Of a stretch of DNA of 64,000 nt, positions 37,831-51,609 are shown piece by piece (the first letter of the stretch is position 1; each line of letters begins with the position of its first letter). The position numbers and the translations under genes were made by a program. Source of the stretch: Vitrella brassicaformis CCMP3155 (Eukaryota; Protista; Chromerida); contig CDMY01000490.1 of the NCBI GenBank assembly GCA_001179505.1, forward strand, positions 3,027 through 67,026, given 5' to 3'. Below the pieces are notes generated by a model. The model did not search any database. It worked only from the letters and a program-made list of their open reading frames with translations, and was not told the origin of the DNA.

Positions 37831-39677
37831 TCCAGCCATCTGCACGGTGGGTGAGGGCAAAGGAATCACACGTAGTGGGAAAGGGGAGGGAGAAGACATG
37901 AATCTATGAGTGCTCATTCTCTTCTGTCCATTTGGCTGTCTGCAGGCATCTGTTCGCCAGGCTGCGGCCGCGATGGTGTGCTGCCCGTGCTGTGTCTGTC
38001 TGTCTGTCTGTCTATCTCAACTATCGACCTGGAGGGATACACATATGGTGACGGAACTCACACACACGAGGGGGAGGAGACACACCACATTCGCTTCACT
38101 CACTACACACGCGGGATGGGATACGGACGGGCATTGCGTTTGGGTGGAGAGGGAGGGAGGGAGTGTTCGCATGTATCCTGTCCATCTGTGTGTGTCTCTC
38201 TTTGCTCTTGGCGGCTGTGCCGTGCGTGCCCCATATCACACACCACACATGTATGGCAGATTTTGATAGCAAAGCTCTCTGCTTTCTCAACATTCTCGTT
38301 CCGTAATCGTCTCCTCAGCTCATCGTCTCCTTAATTTTCTTCCTGGCTGCTACAGCAGACAGACAAGCATCCTTGTCTTTCGTCTCCTCCTTAGTTGGCT
38401 TCCTGAGCATCTCCCTCCCTAACCAATTGTCCCTAACCGTCCTCCTGTTCTCATTCATTCATGTGTTGATTGGCCTGACCCACTTTTCTGCCTTGGCTGC
38501 GTATTTTTTGTCGGCCTCCTGACGTGTGGCCGTCTGTTTGTGCTGTGGTGTGGTGTGGTGTGGTGTGGTGTGTGGTGTGTGGTGGGTGATAGTGACGGCC
38601 ACAGACAGAGAGATAAGAATACATATATGGATGGCTGAATGACCTCTCCCCTCCCCCCTCCCCCCACACGCCTCATCAGGACACAAGCGACATGATCCTT
38701 TTCTCTCGTGTGGATGTGTGTGTGGGTGTGGGTGTGCATGTCTGTCTACACATTGCGCGACGCGACCGACACGGATAATGATAGACAGACAGACAGACAG
38801 TACGTGGCAGTGCCTGTATGGCCATTCTCCCTCTCTGTTACTCTACGCTTCACTCACACACACACACGTGCCTGCCGGGGATGTGTGGGTGTCTGAGGGC
38901 TTGGCGAGACGCGACAAACACAGATAAAGATAGACAGATAGATAGACAGCGGGTCGTTCAGGCTGCCTGCCTGGCCGCTCTCTCCCTCTCTCTCAGTGTA
39001 TCCTTTGCTGTGGTGTGTGTGAATTCGCCCGCTCGGATGGACTGACTGATGCTGTCCTCATCTCCTCAATTGCTCCTCAATGCTTCCTTCCTCCCCTAAT
39101 CCCACTACTTCAAGAAGAGACAAGCCTACTTGTCCTTTGCCACCCTCCCTAATTGTCCTTACTTGTCGTCTTGTTAACCGTCTCCTTCCTCAACTAAGTG
39201 TTCCCGTGTTATCTCATTCATGTGTTGATGGGCCGTGGATCTCTGGCGACACACTGTCTGGCTCTTCAGCTACCCGTGTGCTGTGCTGTGCTGTGTGATG
39301 GGAGACGGCCACGGCGGCCGACAGAATGATAAGGATGGACAAAGGGATGGATGGTCGGTTGCTCAACCGCACACGTGCACAGACAAAGATTGACAGAGAT
39401 ATTGTTAGGTGTGTCCGGATGGCCATTCTCCCTCTCTCTACTGTGTGTGTCTGTGTGTGTGTGTGGCGATTCGTTCGAGTGGACTCATGCATCCATCCAT
39501 CGCTGCCAGCGAGGCGACGGACGGACCGTTCCGGCCAACAGAGAGATAGACATGGTCCGCACTGTCTGTCCGCCGTGTCGTGTCTGTGTTGGCGGCTACG
39601 TGTCGATGGACAGACAGACAGACAGACAGACGCGTGTACGTGTGAGTGATTGCACCGATGATGTGACCAATCACACA
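37466..39677. repeat. Segmental duplication block A (about 2.2 kb)
   Basis: Collinear, indel-rich direct copy at 40874-43259. Confidence 0.9.
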
Positions 39678-39837
39678 TTGCAACATCGACATCACATCAC
39701 ACCTTACACAATAAACGAACAGCTTCAGTAGTCCATCCATCCATCCAGGCAGACACAGCACAGACACACACAGAGTTCCCATTTACAACTCACCACTCTC
39801 TCCGAGTATGTCACTCACTCCCTCACTCCCTCATTCG

Positions 39838-40573
39838 TCAGTCCGTCTCGTCAGCCCAGTCCCTCGGCTTCCTGAGCACGTCCACCAGCCGCCTCTCTTC
39901 CTCCCCTGGCTCCCCATATCGGTAGCTCCACTTGACGAGCGGCGGAGCCGACACTATTACCCTCTCTATCGCCCCTCCCGGCGCCAGACCAAACCTCACA
40001 CCTCTGTCATAGAGCAGGTTGAACTCGACGTACCGCCCCCTTCTCACCAGCTGCCACTCACGCTGCTGCGGCGTGTAGGGCAGTGACCGCCGGCGGTCCA
40101 CGATGGGCCGCCAGCTGTCGAGGAGACCGTCAGCCACATCCTGGACAAATTCGAGGGGTGGTGTGGGAGGGGTCGGTGAAGTGGAGGGGGATGGTGATGG
40201 TGGCGGTGGGAGGTCAGAAAAGTCCATAAGGTCGTCGAAGAAGATGCCGCCGATGCCGCGATGCTCCTGTCGTGCTGGCAGATAGAAATACTCATCGCAC
40301 CACTTCTTGTACCTCGGGTACAGGTCAGGGCTGTACTTGTCACACACACCTCGCCAGTGCTTGTGCCACTCGATCGCGTCCTCCTCGAACAGATAGCATG
40401 GTGTCAGATCGGCACCACCGCCGAACCATCCCTGTGGCTCGCTGTGTCCATCATCAGCCACCTCAAAGTAGCGGACGTCGGCTCTCAATGTGGGGACCAT
40501 TGGATGGGCTGCGTGGACGACGAGCGACAGTGCTGCGGCACAGTAAGGCTGCCCCCCTCCCTCACGCACCTTC
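39838..40573 (-). CDS. hemF: Coproporphyrinogen III oxidase, 3' part only; apparently identical inverted copy of 63536 onward, abutting an N gap
   Basis: WFGGGADLTP, YFYLPARQEHRGIGGIFFDD and RRGRYVEFNLLYDRGVRFGL motifs; I saw no difference from the 63.5-64 kb copy. Confidence 0.8.
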
Positions 40574-40873
40574 NNNNNNNNNNNNNNNNNNNNNNNNNNN
40601 NNNNNNNNNNNNNNNNNNNNNNNNNNNNNNNNNNNNNNNNNNNNNNNNNNNNNNNNNNNNNNNNNNNNNNNNNNNNNNNNNNNNNNNNNNNNNNNNNNNN
40701 NNNNNNNNNNNNNNNNNNNNNNNNNNNNNNNNNNNNNNNNNNNNNNNNNNNNNNNNNNNNNNNNNNNNNNNNNNNNNNNNNNNNNNNNNNNNNNNNNNNN
40801 NNNNNNNNNNNNNNNNNNNNNNNNNNNNNNNNNNNNNNNNNNNNNNNNNNNNNNNNNNNNNNNNNNNNNNNNN

Positions 40874-41238
40874 TGGGGAGGGGTGTGTTGGGTTTGGGAG
40901 GGGCTGTGTACTCATACCAGCCACATGTGGTGGCATATCGCCCGGAGGCGCCGTGCCCCATCATGCCGGCTGCATGTGCTGCCGCCCGCCACGTGTCAGG
41001 TACACAAACACCAAATGGACGAACATTCAGGGGTCCGTGTCAATGTGGTTTATGTGTGTGTTGTCCATTAGGTTTCTCTCACCACCACCACCAGCAGGCC
41101 AACTACGGCGACTGCGACTGCTGCGACTTGTGTGCGGCGGTGTGCGAGCTGGTCGAGGACATCGGGGACTGCGTGGTGTCCACCGTCGAGGGTCTCATCG
41201 ACCGCCTTAAGTGGTTCTTCATCTCGATCGACAACTAA
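40874..41238 (+). CDS. Second copy of the Cys-rich-tail gene (5' part lost in the gap)
   Basis: Same exons as 37466-37830, with two amino-acid changes (CDLVEG to CELVED). Confidence 0.55.
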
Positions 41239-43259
41239 TCCAGCCATCTGCACGGTGGGTGAGGGCAAAGGAATCACACGTAGTGGGAGAGGGGAGGGAG
41301 AAGACATGAATGTATGAGTGCTCATTCTTTTCTGTCCATTTGGCTGTCTGCAGGCATCTGTTCGCCAGGCTGCGGCCGCAATGGTGTGCTGCCGGTGCTG
41401 CGCGTCTGTTTATCTCAATAATCGATCTGGAGAGATCCATGTACATATGGTGACGTAGCTCACACACGACACGAGGGGGAGGAGACACGTGCACCACATG
41501 CGCTTCACTCACTCGCCACACACACAGGATGGGATACGGACGGGCATTGTGTTTGGATGGAGAGGGAGGGATTGAGTTTCGACGGGCATGTATCCTATCT
41601 ATCTGTGTGTGTGTCTCTCTTTGCTCTTGGCGGTTGTGCCGTGCCCCATATCACACACCGTACATGTATGTGTTTGGGCAGGCGGGGCGGGGCGGGCAGA
41701 TTTTGATAGCAAAGCCTTCTGCTTGCTCAACATTCTCTCTCGTTCCATAATCGTCTCCTTAGCTCATCGTCTCCTTATATAATTTTCTTCCTGGCTGCAA
41801 CAGCAGACAAGCGTCCTTGTCTTTCGTCTCCTCCTTAGTTGGCTTCCTGATCATCTCCCTCCCTAACCGTCCTCGTGTTCTCATTCATTCATGTGTTGAT
41901 TGGCCCGGCCCACTTTTCTGCCTTGGCTGCGTATTTTTTGTCGCCCTCCTGACGTGTGGCCGTCTGTCTGTTTGTGGTGTGGTGTGGTGTGTGTGGTGTG
42001 GTGTGGTGTGGTGTGCGATGGGAGATGGTGAGGCCACAGACAGAGAGATAAGGACACATATCTGGATGGCTGGATGACCTCTCACCCCACACACACACGC
42101 GCCTCATCAGGACACAAGCGCCATGATCCTTTTCTCTCGTGTGGATGTGTGTGTGGGTGTGGGTGTCTACACATTGCGCGACGCGACCGACACGGATAAT
42201 GATAGACACAGAGGCAGGCAGGCAGACCGACAGACAGACAGTGTGTGGCAGTGCCTGCCTGGCCATTCTCCCTTTCTCATACTCTACGCTTCACTCACAG
42301 AAAGATATGGATTGATTGCTTGGGTGGGTATCTCGAACGAACACGATTCACACACATAGCCGACAGGTCTTCCTCGCTGTACTGCAACACACAAGTGCCT
42401 GCCGGGGATGTGTGGGTGTCTGAGGGTTTGGCGAGACGCGACCGAAAGAGATAATGATAGACAGACAGACAGCGGGTCGTTCAGGCTGCCTAGCTGCCTG
42501 GCCGCTCTCTCACTCCCTCTCTCTCAGTGTGTCCTTTGCTGTGGTGTGTGTGAATTCGCCCGCTCGGATGGACTGACTGTTGCTGTCCTCATCTCCTCAA
42601 TTGCTCCTCAATGCTTCCTTCCTCCCCTAATCCCACTACTTCAAGAAGAGACAGGCCTCCTTGTCCTTTGCCTCCCTCCTTAATTGTCCTCACTTGTCGT
42701 CTTGTTAACCGTCTCCTTCCTCAACTAAGTGTTCCAGTGTTGTCTCATTCATGTGTTGATGGGCGTGGATCTCTGGCGACACACTGTCTGGCTCTTCAGC
42801 TGCCCGTGTGCTGTGCTGTGCCATGTGACGGGAGACGGCCACGGCGGCCGACAGAAAGACAAAGATGGACAAAGGGATGGACAAAGGGATGGATGGATGG
42901 ATGGTCGGTGCTCAACCACACAAATGCACACACACGGACGGATGCCTCACTGCGACACAAGTGTCTGCTCCTTCTCAGTGTGTCTCCCAGACGTCCGTGT
43001 GTGGACTGGCCACAGATGGATGTGTGTGGGTGGGTGGGTAAGTGGGTGTGGGTGCCGATGTCTTGGCGAGACGCGACCGACAACAGACAAGATAGACAGA
43101 GATATTGTTAGGTGAGTCCGCCTGGCCATTCTCCCTCTCTCTCTCTTTCTCTACTGTGTGTGTGTGGCCATTCGTTCGAGTGGACTCATCGCTGGACAGA
43201 CAGACGTTCGGACGCATGTACGTGTGATTGCACCGATGATATATATAACCAATCACACA
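40874..43259. repeat. Segmental duplication block A' (about 2.4 kb)
   Basis: Direct diverged copy of 37466-39677. Confidence 0.9.
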
Positions 43260-43364
43260 AAACACCCTGAAAATGATAGACTGGCGAATTCACTCATCAA
43301 CCACCACTCATCATATGCAGTCCCCATCTCATCAATCATGGCATGCAGTGCAGGTCTCTCTCAG

Positions 43365-46300
43365 CTAGGTCAGAGCAGAGGAGAAGGGCGAAGACGACTC
43401 GATGCCCTGGTCGCACAGGTACATGACGATGTCCCGCCGCGACTCGTCGGACAGCAGCAGCCGACCCAGCCGCCACCGACGCGCCACACACTTCACCCAC
43501 TCTTGTGCACTCGGGGGCGCGCCCGCCAGATGAACCAGACACTCGAAGGCACGGCCAGACACACACTCCTGCACAGCATAGCAACCACAGCCATATCATA
43601 TACGCATGGACGCTTGTTTTGTGTGGGAGTGTGGCTGCGTACGCACGTACCTCTTTTATGGCTTCGGCCATGGCGTCTTCGGCTCCCTCCATGATGTCGT
43701 GCATGCCCTCGACCAACGCGCACACCTCGGCACACGTCATGCCGCGCAGACCACGGCCAGGGGGGAGCCCCTCCTCGCCATCGGCCAGTGGCATCATAGT
43801 CACGGGCTGGTCGGCGAATGCTGCTGTGTAGGGGTACAAGAACAGCTGCAGCACCGGGCCGAACAGACACGAAGGGGATGGGGGTGGTGGGCCATCGGCC
43901 TGGTGCTGCTGTTGCGGGTGGTGGGTCTTGCCGCGCCAAGCGGTGAGTGCCGCCATGTCCGTGAGCTGATGGACCAGGGAGGAGAGGGAGTAGCCGTGCT
44001 GCAGTTGACACACAACACACACAGTGACGGCGGACATGCTCTCCTTTGCCCCGCCTCTCTGCTCTCGCATACATACCTGGAACAGCTCGTTGCCGAGGGC
44101 TCTCACATGCTCGCACGGATGGCGCTCCACCAGGGCCCGCAGGTCGGCACAGCCGATCTCATCGTACCCCAGCGCATTCATGTCGTCGTCATCTTCCTCC
44201 TTGTTCACGACCACATCATCGGCCGCCCTTCTCTGCTGCCGCTCCTGTTGCTGGTGCTGCTGGTGATGCTGCTGGGGGTGTTGGATGCTGTGCCTCTCCC
44301 TCTTGGCGTGACGCCTCTGCTGCCCACCGGCCCCGTCGGTGCGCGGCCTCTTGCTGCTGCCGGTCTTGCCTCTTTTGCTGCGCGGCACCCGCCCCCCACT
44401 CGCCGCTTTCCTTTTCCTGACAGCCGGTGGTGGTGGAGACTCCACCTTGGCCTCCACATCAGCACCCTCGGCATCTGCATGCTCCTCCTGCTTGACTGTC
44501 ACGGGGGGAGGGGGAGGGGGAGGGGGAGAGGCCTCCTTGGCCGATGCTGGTGGTGGTGGTGGTGGGGCTGGCTCGAGTGGGGCGGGTGGCGGTGGGGGTT
44601 GCGGCTCTAGTCGATGTTTCTTGTGGTGATGGTCGGTGGCCGGCGCGGGTGGGGATGGCACGACGTGTGGCTGTTGGTAGTCGGGGTGGAGGATGGTGGA
44701 GAGCTTCTTGCCAACGTGGGAAGTGGCGACGGCGCACTGAAGCAGCTCCTGACGCGACATGGGCTCGTCACGACGGCCATGGAACCTGAAACACACACAC
44801 ACGCACACACACACACACATACACACACACATTCTTCTCTTCTTCTCCTTCGTGGCTGGTGGTCGATGTCCCTCTCACCCTAGGCCGAAAGGCTTGGCGC
44901 GTTCATGCAGAGTGATCTCCTGGTGAAGGTGCAGGTCGATCGTGTACACCCTGATGGCGTTGCCCGTGTCGCCATGCGTCAACACAATGAGATGCGGGGC
45001 GTCACGTGCACTCGCACCATCCACCACCACTTGCATGCCGCCGATCGGGGTCGATGGTGGGACGCCAGTGGGCAGGGTTGCTTGGCAATCCCTTTTGTGC
45101 CAAGTGCCGTCGGGCTGGTGCCACTCATAGCGAATTATCTGCTCGTCAGTTGAGCAGGGCTGGCGAGTGCGGTAGTAGAGGTACCGGCGACTGGCGTGCT
45201 GCACACAGAGACAGAGAGAGAAGGATGCTTGTGTTGTGTGCGGTGGTAGGTAAGGGTGCTCTGCTCGTCACCTGGTGGAAGTAGACAGCGAAGCTCGTTG
45301 CCGGCGCGTCGACCGTGTGAATGACGTCAAGCCCCCCCTCGCCAACCCTGAAGCTCTCGAGCACGTCAGCCGATATCTTTCTGATCTCGCTTCTGGCCCC
45401 CTCCCTGTGCTGCACCAGACACCAAATGGCGCCCTCCCCACCGCCCTCCTCCACCCACCGCAGCTGCACCACCCGCCCCTCCCTGCTCGGCATGATGTCC
45501 AACCCGTCAGCACACGTGTCCTTCAACACGATCCATCTCGCCTGCCTCTCAGCGCGACAGAGGCGCTGCTCAATCGGCCACGTCGGGAGGTCCGGCTCGA
45601 AAGCGGCGAGGGCCAGTGGGGCGATGGGCGTGTCGACCAGCTGCTGGACGTACAGCATCTTGGCTTGGAAACGCAGATCGATGACCCTGCCGTCGCGAGT
45701 TGTGCCGGTCTCGAGCGACGCTGAGAGGGTGTCTGCCTTGAAGGGCTGCCCCGGTAGCAGGGGCTTGAATGAGGGGATCTCTGGGTAGCGTGTGGCCTGT
45801 GTGAACGGGAGGCTGATGAAGATCTCGTCGTTGTTGACGATGAGGTCGGTGGGCGTGGGGGTCACGGCGGGGTGGGGGGCCTTGTTGCGGCCGCCTCGGG
45901 GAAGGGCGAAGAAGGTCGACCCGCAGCACTTCCGGATGATGTAGGTGGGCAGGTTGGCCGCCTGGATGACAGACAGAGAGAAAGAGAGAGTATGTCAGAC
46001 TAATGACGGTCTGTCTGTCTGTCTGTCTCCTCTGGTCCCTTATTCATTGTTACCTCTGTGTTGTCGTCGTGGGAATCATCACCCTCAGCAGGAGCACCAC
46101 CGGTGTGTGGCTCGAGTGCGCACAGGTAGATCTCCTTGCTGTGGTAATGCAGACCCACAAACACCACATAACCCACCGGACCGCTGCTGGTCACGGTGCG
46201 TCGCTGCTGATGGGTGTGGGAGTGGGTGTGGGTGTGGATGGCCTTCTCGCGGCTCTCATCAGCCGCCGCCTCATGGACAGCCTGATGTTCGCGCACACGC

Positions 46301-48173
46301 GACACAGAGGCACACAGGGAGGGAGGGAGGGAGGGATGGTGCAACGTGGAGTGAGTGATTCGTCTGATCGCCAAGCGCACCTGTGGGGGCGCTGCTGCGT
46401 GCTGGTCATAGTCTGTGACTGTGTCGTGCGGCTGCATGGACTCATCTTCACCACCACCACCACCAGCCTGTGTGATGATGGACACGCATAGAAAGACGAC
46501 AAGTGTGGCCACAGCAGCGGTGACTCCCTCCCTCCCCAGCGGCTATCGCACCTGACTGTCTGGTGTTCCCTCCTCCTCCTCCTCCTTCTCCTGCTGCTGC
46601 TGCTGATGCTGCTGTGCGTCAGCTTCTGTCGCCATGACGACATCCTTGCCACCCTCACGCACAGGGGGCACCACCTGACATACACAAATCAGATGGATGG
46701 ATGGATGAATCGACATGTCATCAAGACACCAAGCACCTGTGTAGGTGAGGTGCATCCACCTACCTGGTCGTCGGGACAGGCGCTGTCGGTTTTCTCAGCC
46801 TCAGCAGCATCAGCGGCAGCAGCAGCAGCAGATGGGTCTCGGAAGAAGGCGCCAATTCTCGCCCCCACGGACTCTGCCTCGACTTGGGCGAGCGGGGCCT
46901 GGCAGGGGAGGGGCACGAGGGGCAGCAGCTGAGCCATCAACGAAGCGACCTGCTGCTCACTCTCCTCCTCCCTACCCTCCTCCTGAACACAACAAAACAG
47001 ACACACCAGACAGTCACACAGACAGATGGGATGGGTGTTTGTCCTCACTCATCTGCACCTGTGTCGCATTCATTGGCACATCACCCGCCTGCTCACTCGC
47101 CGCCCTCTCCTCTGGTGGATGTTGCGGCTCTCCATCGGCAGGCGGCTCTCGCGCCGCTGCCGTCATCTCCATCGGCGCAGCATCCCCTTGCTCACTCTCT
47201 GCCCTCTCGTGTGGCTCCGTCGGCTCACCAGCCGGCTGACCAGCTGCACCATTGTTGTCTTCACTCGAGCCACGAGGCTGCTCCCCATTTGCTTCCTCCT
47301 CTCCCATCACGACGTCATCCACAGCTGGTGGCAATCGCTCAGCCGTCCTCGAAGGCATGACGGCCGACGAGAGTGCTCCAAGCAGCGCCCTGGCGGTTCT
47401 CATGAGGAGGGGCGGCGAGGGCAGGCCCATCCCAGGTGTCACCTCGCCGCCAAAGCCATTCTCCAGAGGTGGCATCTCTTGCTCGGGTGACTGCGAGGGG
47501 GAGGGGGCAGATTGAGGTTGAGGTTGGACGGTGCCCCCCAGGCGCTTCGCCACCTCCTGCAATGCTTCCGTCGGGCCGAATGCCTCCAGCCATGGCGGGG
47601 AGCCGTCTGCCGTCTTGGGGTCAAAGAGCACGCATCTGAACTGCTTGCAAAGCTCGTCACACATCTCGGCTGACGGCCTGGCAGCCGCATCCAGAGCGAT
47701 CCTCGTCGGCTCGCCGGCAGCAAGTGTGTGGACGAGCTCCACCGCCCTCTCGACATTCCGCTCAGAGCTGCCGGCAATCTCCAGTGCCGCGGGGTCTGTC
47801 AGTGATGGTGTGAGGGTCGTCTTGGTGACCCGGTGGATGAGCTCCCGACAGTTGGCGGCGAGGGCTCTCTCTCGCGCCGTGTCCGACCAGTCAGTCCCAC
47901 TCAGGGACAGAGACCTCCTGGTCACTGCTGTAATGTTGTTGGTGAGAGGGTGGAAGGGAGGGGACTGGGCGTTCAACTTGGCATTGCGTCGCCACGGCGG
48001 TTGCTGTTGCTGTTGCTGCTGCTCCGAGTCCGCGCTGGTAGATCTGCACGACAAACCACACCACACGAAAGCCACAGAGGAGTACCTGAAGTCAACGAAG
48101 GAAGGCGCTGTGCGGGGTACCTGTCGGCAGCAGCATACGGATCTGGCGGAAACCAGTCCTTCTCTTCAGCCAT
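43365..48173 (-). CDS. Large hypothetical multi-exon protein with PAM2-like motif and KH-like segments near the N-terminus
   Basis: ATG at 48173 (MAEEKDWFPPDPYAAADR|gt), with long microsatellite-free exons at 47060-48050, 45290-45950, 44880-45150 and 44070-44780. The splice GL-G|FHGRRDEPM is in frame. Motifs KLNAQSPPFHP, LEIAGSSERNVERAVELV and LEAFGPTEALQEV. That this is a single gene is inferred. Confidence 0.55.
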
Positions 48174-48200
48174 GGTCCACTACAGTACCTTTCCGAAGCT

Positions 48201-48222
48201 CAGGGTTCAGGGTTTAGGGTTC
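48201..48222 (-). promoter_or_regulatory. Telo-box-like motif in the divergent promoter of ORC5 and the 48173 gene
   Basis: Minus strand reads AACCCTAAACCCTGAACCCTG, about 30-50 nt upstream of the ATG at 48173. Confidence 0.4.
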
Positions 48223-48338
48223 TGGTGCAAGCTTGCCTTTGCCGCTGATGAGGGACACTCGTCCGAGGAATTTCTTAGCGCATTAGCCTAGTGACCCCGC
48301 CCGGGCAGCCCTTCTATCGTTTGTGGTAGTCTCCAGTC

Positions 48339-51300
48339 ATGGAGCGTCCGGCCAAGCAGAGGAAAACCCGCTCTTCCTCATCAGGGCGTCGAGGCCGGCG
48401 AGCATCCGTGTCGCCATCAACGAGAGACCACAGTGGCCATGACGAGCACGAGATGCAGGCAGCGACCGGGCAGCAAGATCACGGCGGTAGTATGAATGTG
48501 GTGGACGACGGGGCCTTCGAGCAGGTGTATGGCGAGGTCCGGGAGTGCTTCGAGACTGACCGGATGTGCAGGGCCTTCTGCAAGACCGTCATCCAGATGG
48601 GATTCGGTACGGAGACACAGCCAGAAACATCTTCGTTGCATTGCATTGCATTGTGGTGTGTGGTGTGTATTGTGGATGATGACATCCATCAGTGCGCGGC
48701 GAGCGGTTGGGAAAGATATGCCATCTCATCGAGACCAACGTGCGGACAGACACCAAACACACATACATTCGCCCACCCACCCACCCACCCACCCATGCAA
48801 CCCCATGCACACGGACCACTTGCCGCACTCGTGTGCCATGCTCTCTCTGTGTTTTTGTGCGTGTCTGTCATTGTCTGTCATTCGTGCTGCAGAGTGGGTG
48901 TTTCCAAGTAGTGGGTGCCTCGGGTAGCGGCAAGAGCTCCCACGTGCGGGCGCTCCTCCGCAACCTCGCGCCATGGCCAGTCGTGTACGTGGACTTGGGG
49001 CGGTGCGGCGACAGCCCCAAGGCCACCAGGCTCAAGCTCCTGACGGGGCTGCAGCGGTACCTGAGCAGAAACAACCCCATGCGCAAAAGGAAAAGTACAC
49101 AAAAGAGGGCGGCGGGCATGGCATTGGTTGGGTGGGTATGGCTGTGCTTGCGCGTGTGGTGTCTGTGTGTGCAGTCACATCGGCATCGACGCACCATCGC
49201 AAGTTTCCCAAGACGTTCAGCAGCCTCCTGAGCTCGCTCTACGCAGAGAAAGCCAAGCGGGCCATCCTGGTACTGTGGGGGGACCACCTCTTGCCATCCA
49301 CCATGCACACACACCCATTGTGTGTGTGTGTGTGTGTGTGTGTAGGTGTTTGACGGTGCCCATGTGCTCCCGTCGCATGACTACCAGCTGTGGTGGACCC
49401 TGAGGCAGCAGCACCGCCTCTACCACAGCCCCAAGTGCGTCGCCGTGTTTGTGTCCAAGCGGCCTCTCGACGTCCCCAGAGAGATGGAGGGCGACCATCC
49501 CATGCCTCTCGTCGAGTTCACCCCCTATACTACCGGTCAGCCAGCCACCCGGACACACACGAGAAGATCTTCCTTTCCCTCTCTCTCTCGATTTGCGTGT
49601 GGATGTGTGTATGTGTAGATGAGTACCGTAGCATACTGCGGAGCAGCTATGACCGCATCGGCGTGGCGGCCATCCGGCAGTCTGGGTACTGGGGGTTGCA
49701 ACAGCAGCAGCAGCAGCGGGAGGGGGGCGGTGTAGATGCAAGTGCAGAGGTGGTGGTGGACATGGAGATAGATGATGGCGGGGACAAGGTGGACGTAGAC
49801 ATGATGGACGCTGAGACGCACGGCGCTGCTGCTGCCGCTGCTTCCAGTGCCAGCGCCAATGATATCGGCCAATGGCTGCACACACACAGAGGTGAGCTGC
49901 GGCGAGAGATGGAGCCATGCAGGCGGTGGTTGATCCATATTTGTCTATCGTCAGGTGTGTTGTTGCGTTGGTGGAATCGGTTCATCGATGTGGTGCTGAA
50001 CGTGGAGAGCAGCAGCATGGGATCGGACTTCAAACAGATGCAGGACATTGCCAGGTCGGTGCGATGCGATGCGTGGCTGTGCAACTAACTGCAGAAACAA
50101 CTCACCCACACCCACACCCACCACCCTGTCTGTGTCAATGTAATGTGCCGATGTTCAGGATCCTGTGGCCGAGATACATTGCCAAATTCCTCATAGACAG
50201 TACACGCACACACAACAAACAAACGACCCAACACCCACATGACATGGATGACGTTCTGTTGTCTGTCTGTGGTTGGTTCTCTCCCTGTCTGTCTGTCTGT
50301 TCGTTGGTTGTGTTGGACAGAGCGCGTGAGCGACGCAGGTGTGTCGACTGTGGCCATGACCAAACAGCTCAGAGACGACCTGGCCAAGTGAGTGAGAATG
50401 GAGAACTCGGAGCCAGCCAATAACCCACCCACACCGCCCACAGCATAGCATACACACGTGTCGTGGTTGTGGGTGGATCCCTCTGGCCATCGATGGATGG
50501 ATGTCTGTCAGGATCCGGTACCATCTGCACATGCCCGACGCCTATTTCCGCAGCCACCCTCCCGCAGCACTCGCACACCTGACCACCGACACACCACACA
50601 CCACCAGCAGCATCACACTCAAAAGTAGGCAAGGGAACGAACAAGTGGATGTAGGACACATAACGGCACCGGATTGACCCGCCCCCCCTCTGTCCCTCTC
50701 TCCGTCGGTGTGTGTGTGTGTGGGTCAAGAGTGGTCCCTGTTGCCTGTTGCGAGCAAGCTGCTGCTGGTGAGCAGCTTTGTGGCGGGCTACAACACGCCC
50801 ACCAACGACTGGCGGCTGATGCGGCCCGACTCTGCCGGCACATCGCGCGGCAGAGAGCAAAACCAAAAGCATCGCAGGCAGATTAAGGCGCAGAAACAAC
50901 TCATGGACGAAATGGACACACAGGTACCTCAGCACACTCACAGAGAGGGAGGGAGGGAGGGACGGAGAGGAGGGATGTGTGTGTGTCTTCGTGTATTCCC
51001 GCGTGTGGGTGTGTTCAGGAGCATTTGTATACCAGGGCCCCCCAGCTGTTTGATGTGCCCCGTCTGCTGGCCATCGCCGAGGCCATCCGCACCGGCGTGT
51101 TGGACAAGAAAGACAACCTGGAGAGACACATGACCCTGCACCAACACGTACCCACCCACCCACACACACAAGCAACCACCCTTCCCTCCCTCCCTCCCTC
51201 CCTCCCTTCGCCCCCAGCACACATGACATGGCATCGGTGTGTGTGGGGGTGGGTAGGTGGTGCAATTGGTGCGGCTGGGGTGGTTGGTGCTGTGCAAGGA

Positions 51301-51609
51301 CCGGGATGGCGTGCCTGACGAGCTGGGCGGCCGTCGCCAGAGGTGCCAGTATCGCACGCCGAGGTCCGCGGCGTCCGCACACTCCAACAGAGACCTGGGC
51401 CGCCAGCTGCTCGACAACAAGGCCAAGATGCTCACAAATGTACGCCTGTGTGTGCGTGTTAAATTGCAGCGGGGGAATCGCGTGCAACGATGTGTGTGTG
51501 TGTGCGTGTGTGTGTGTGGCTATAGGTGCGGTACACCCAGGCGCTGGAGTTGGCGAGAGACCTGAACATCCGGCTGTGCGAGATCAACTACATTAAGAAA
51601 CGAGACTGA
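48339..51609 (+). CDS. ORC5: Origin recognition complex subunit 5, multi-exon
   Basis: Walker A GASGSGKS, VFDGAH, and the ORC5 C-terminal motifs LPVASKLLLVSSFVAGYN..ND and PQLFDVPRLLAI; final exon LELARDLNIRLCEINYIKKRD*. Confidence 0.88.
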
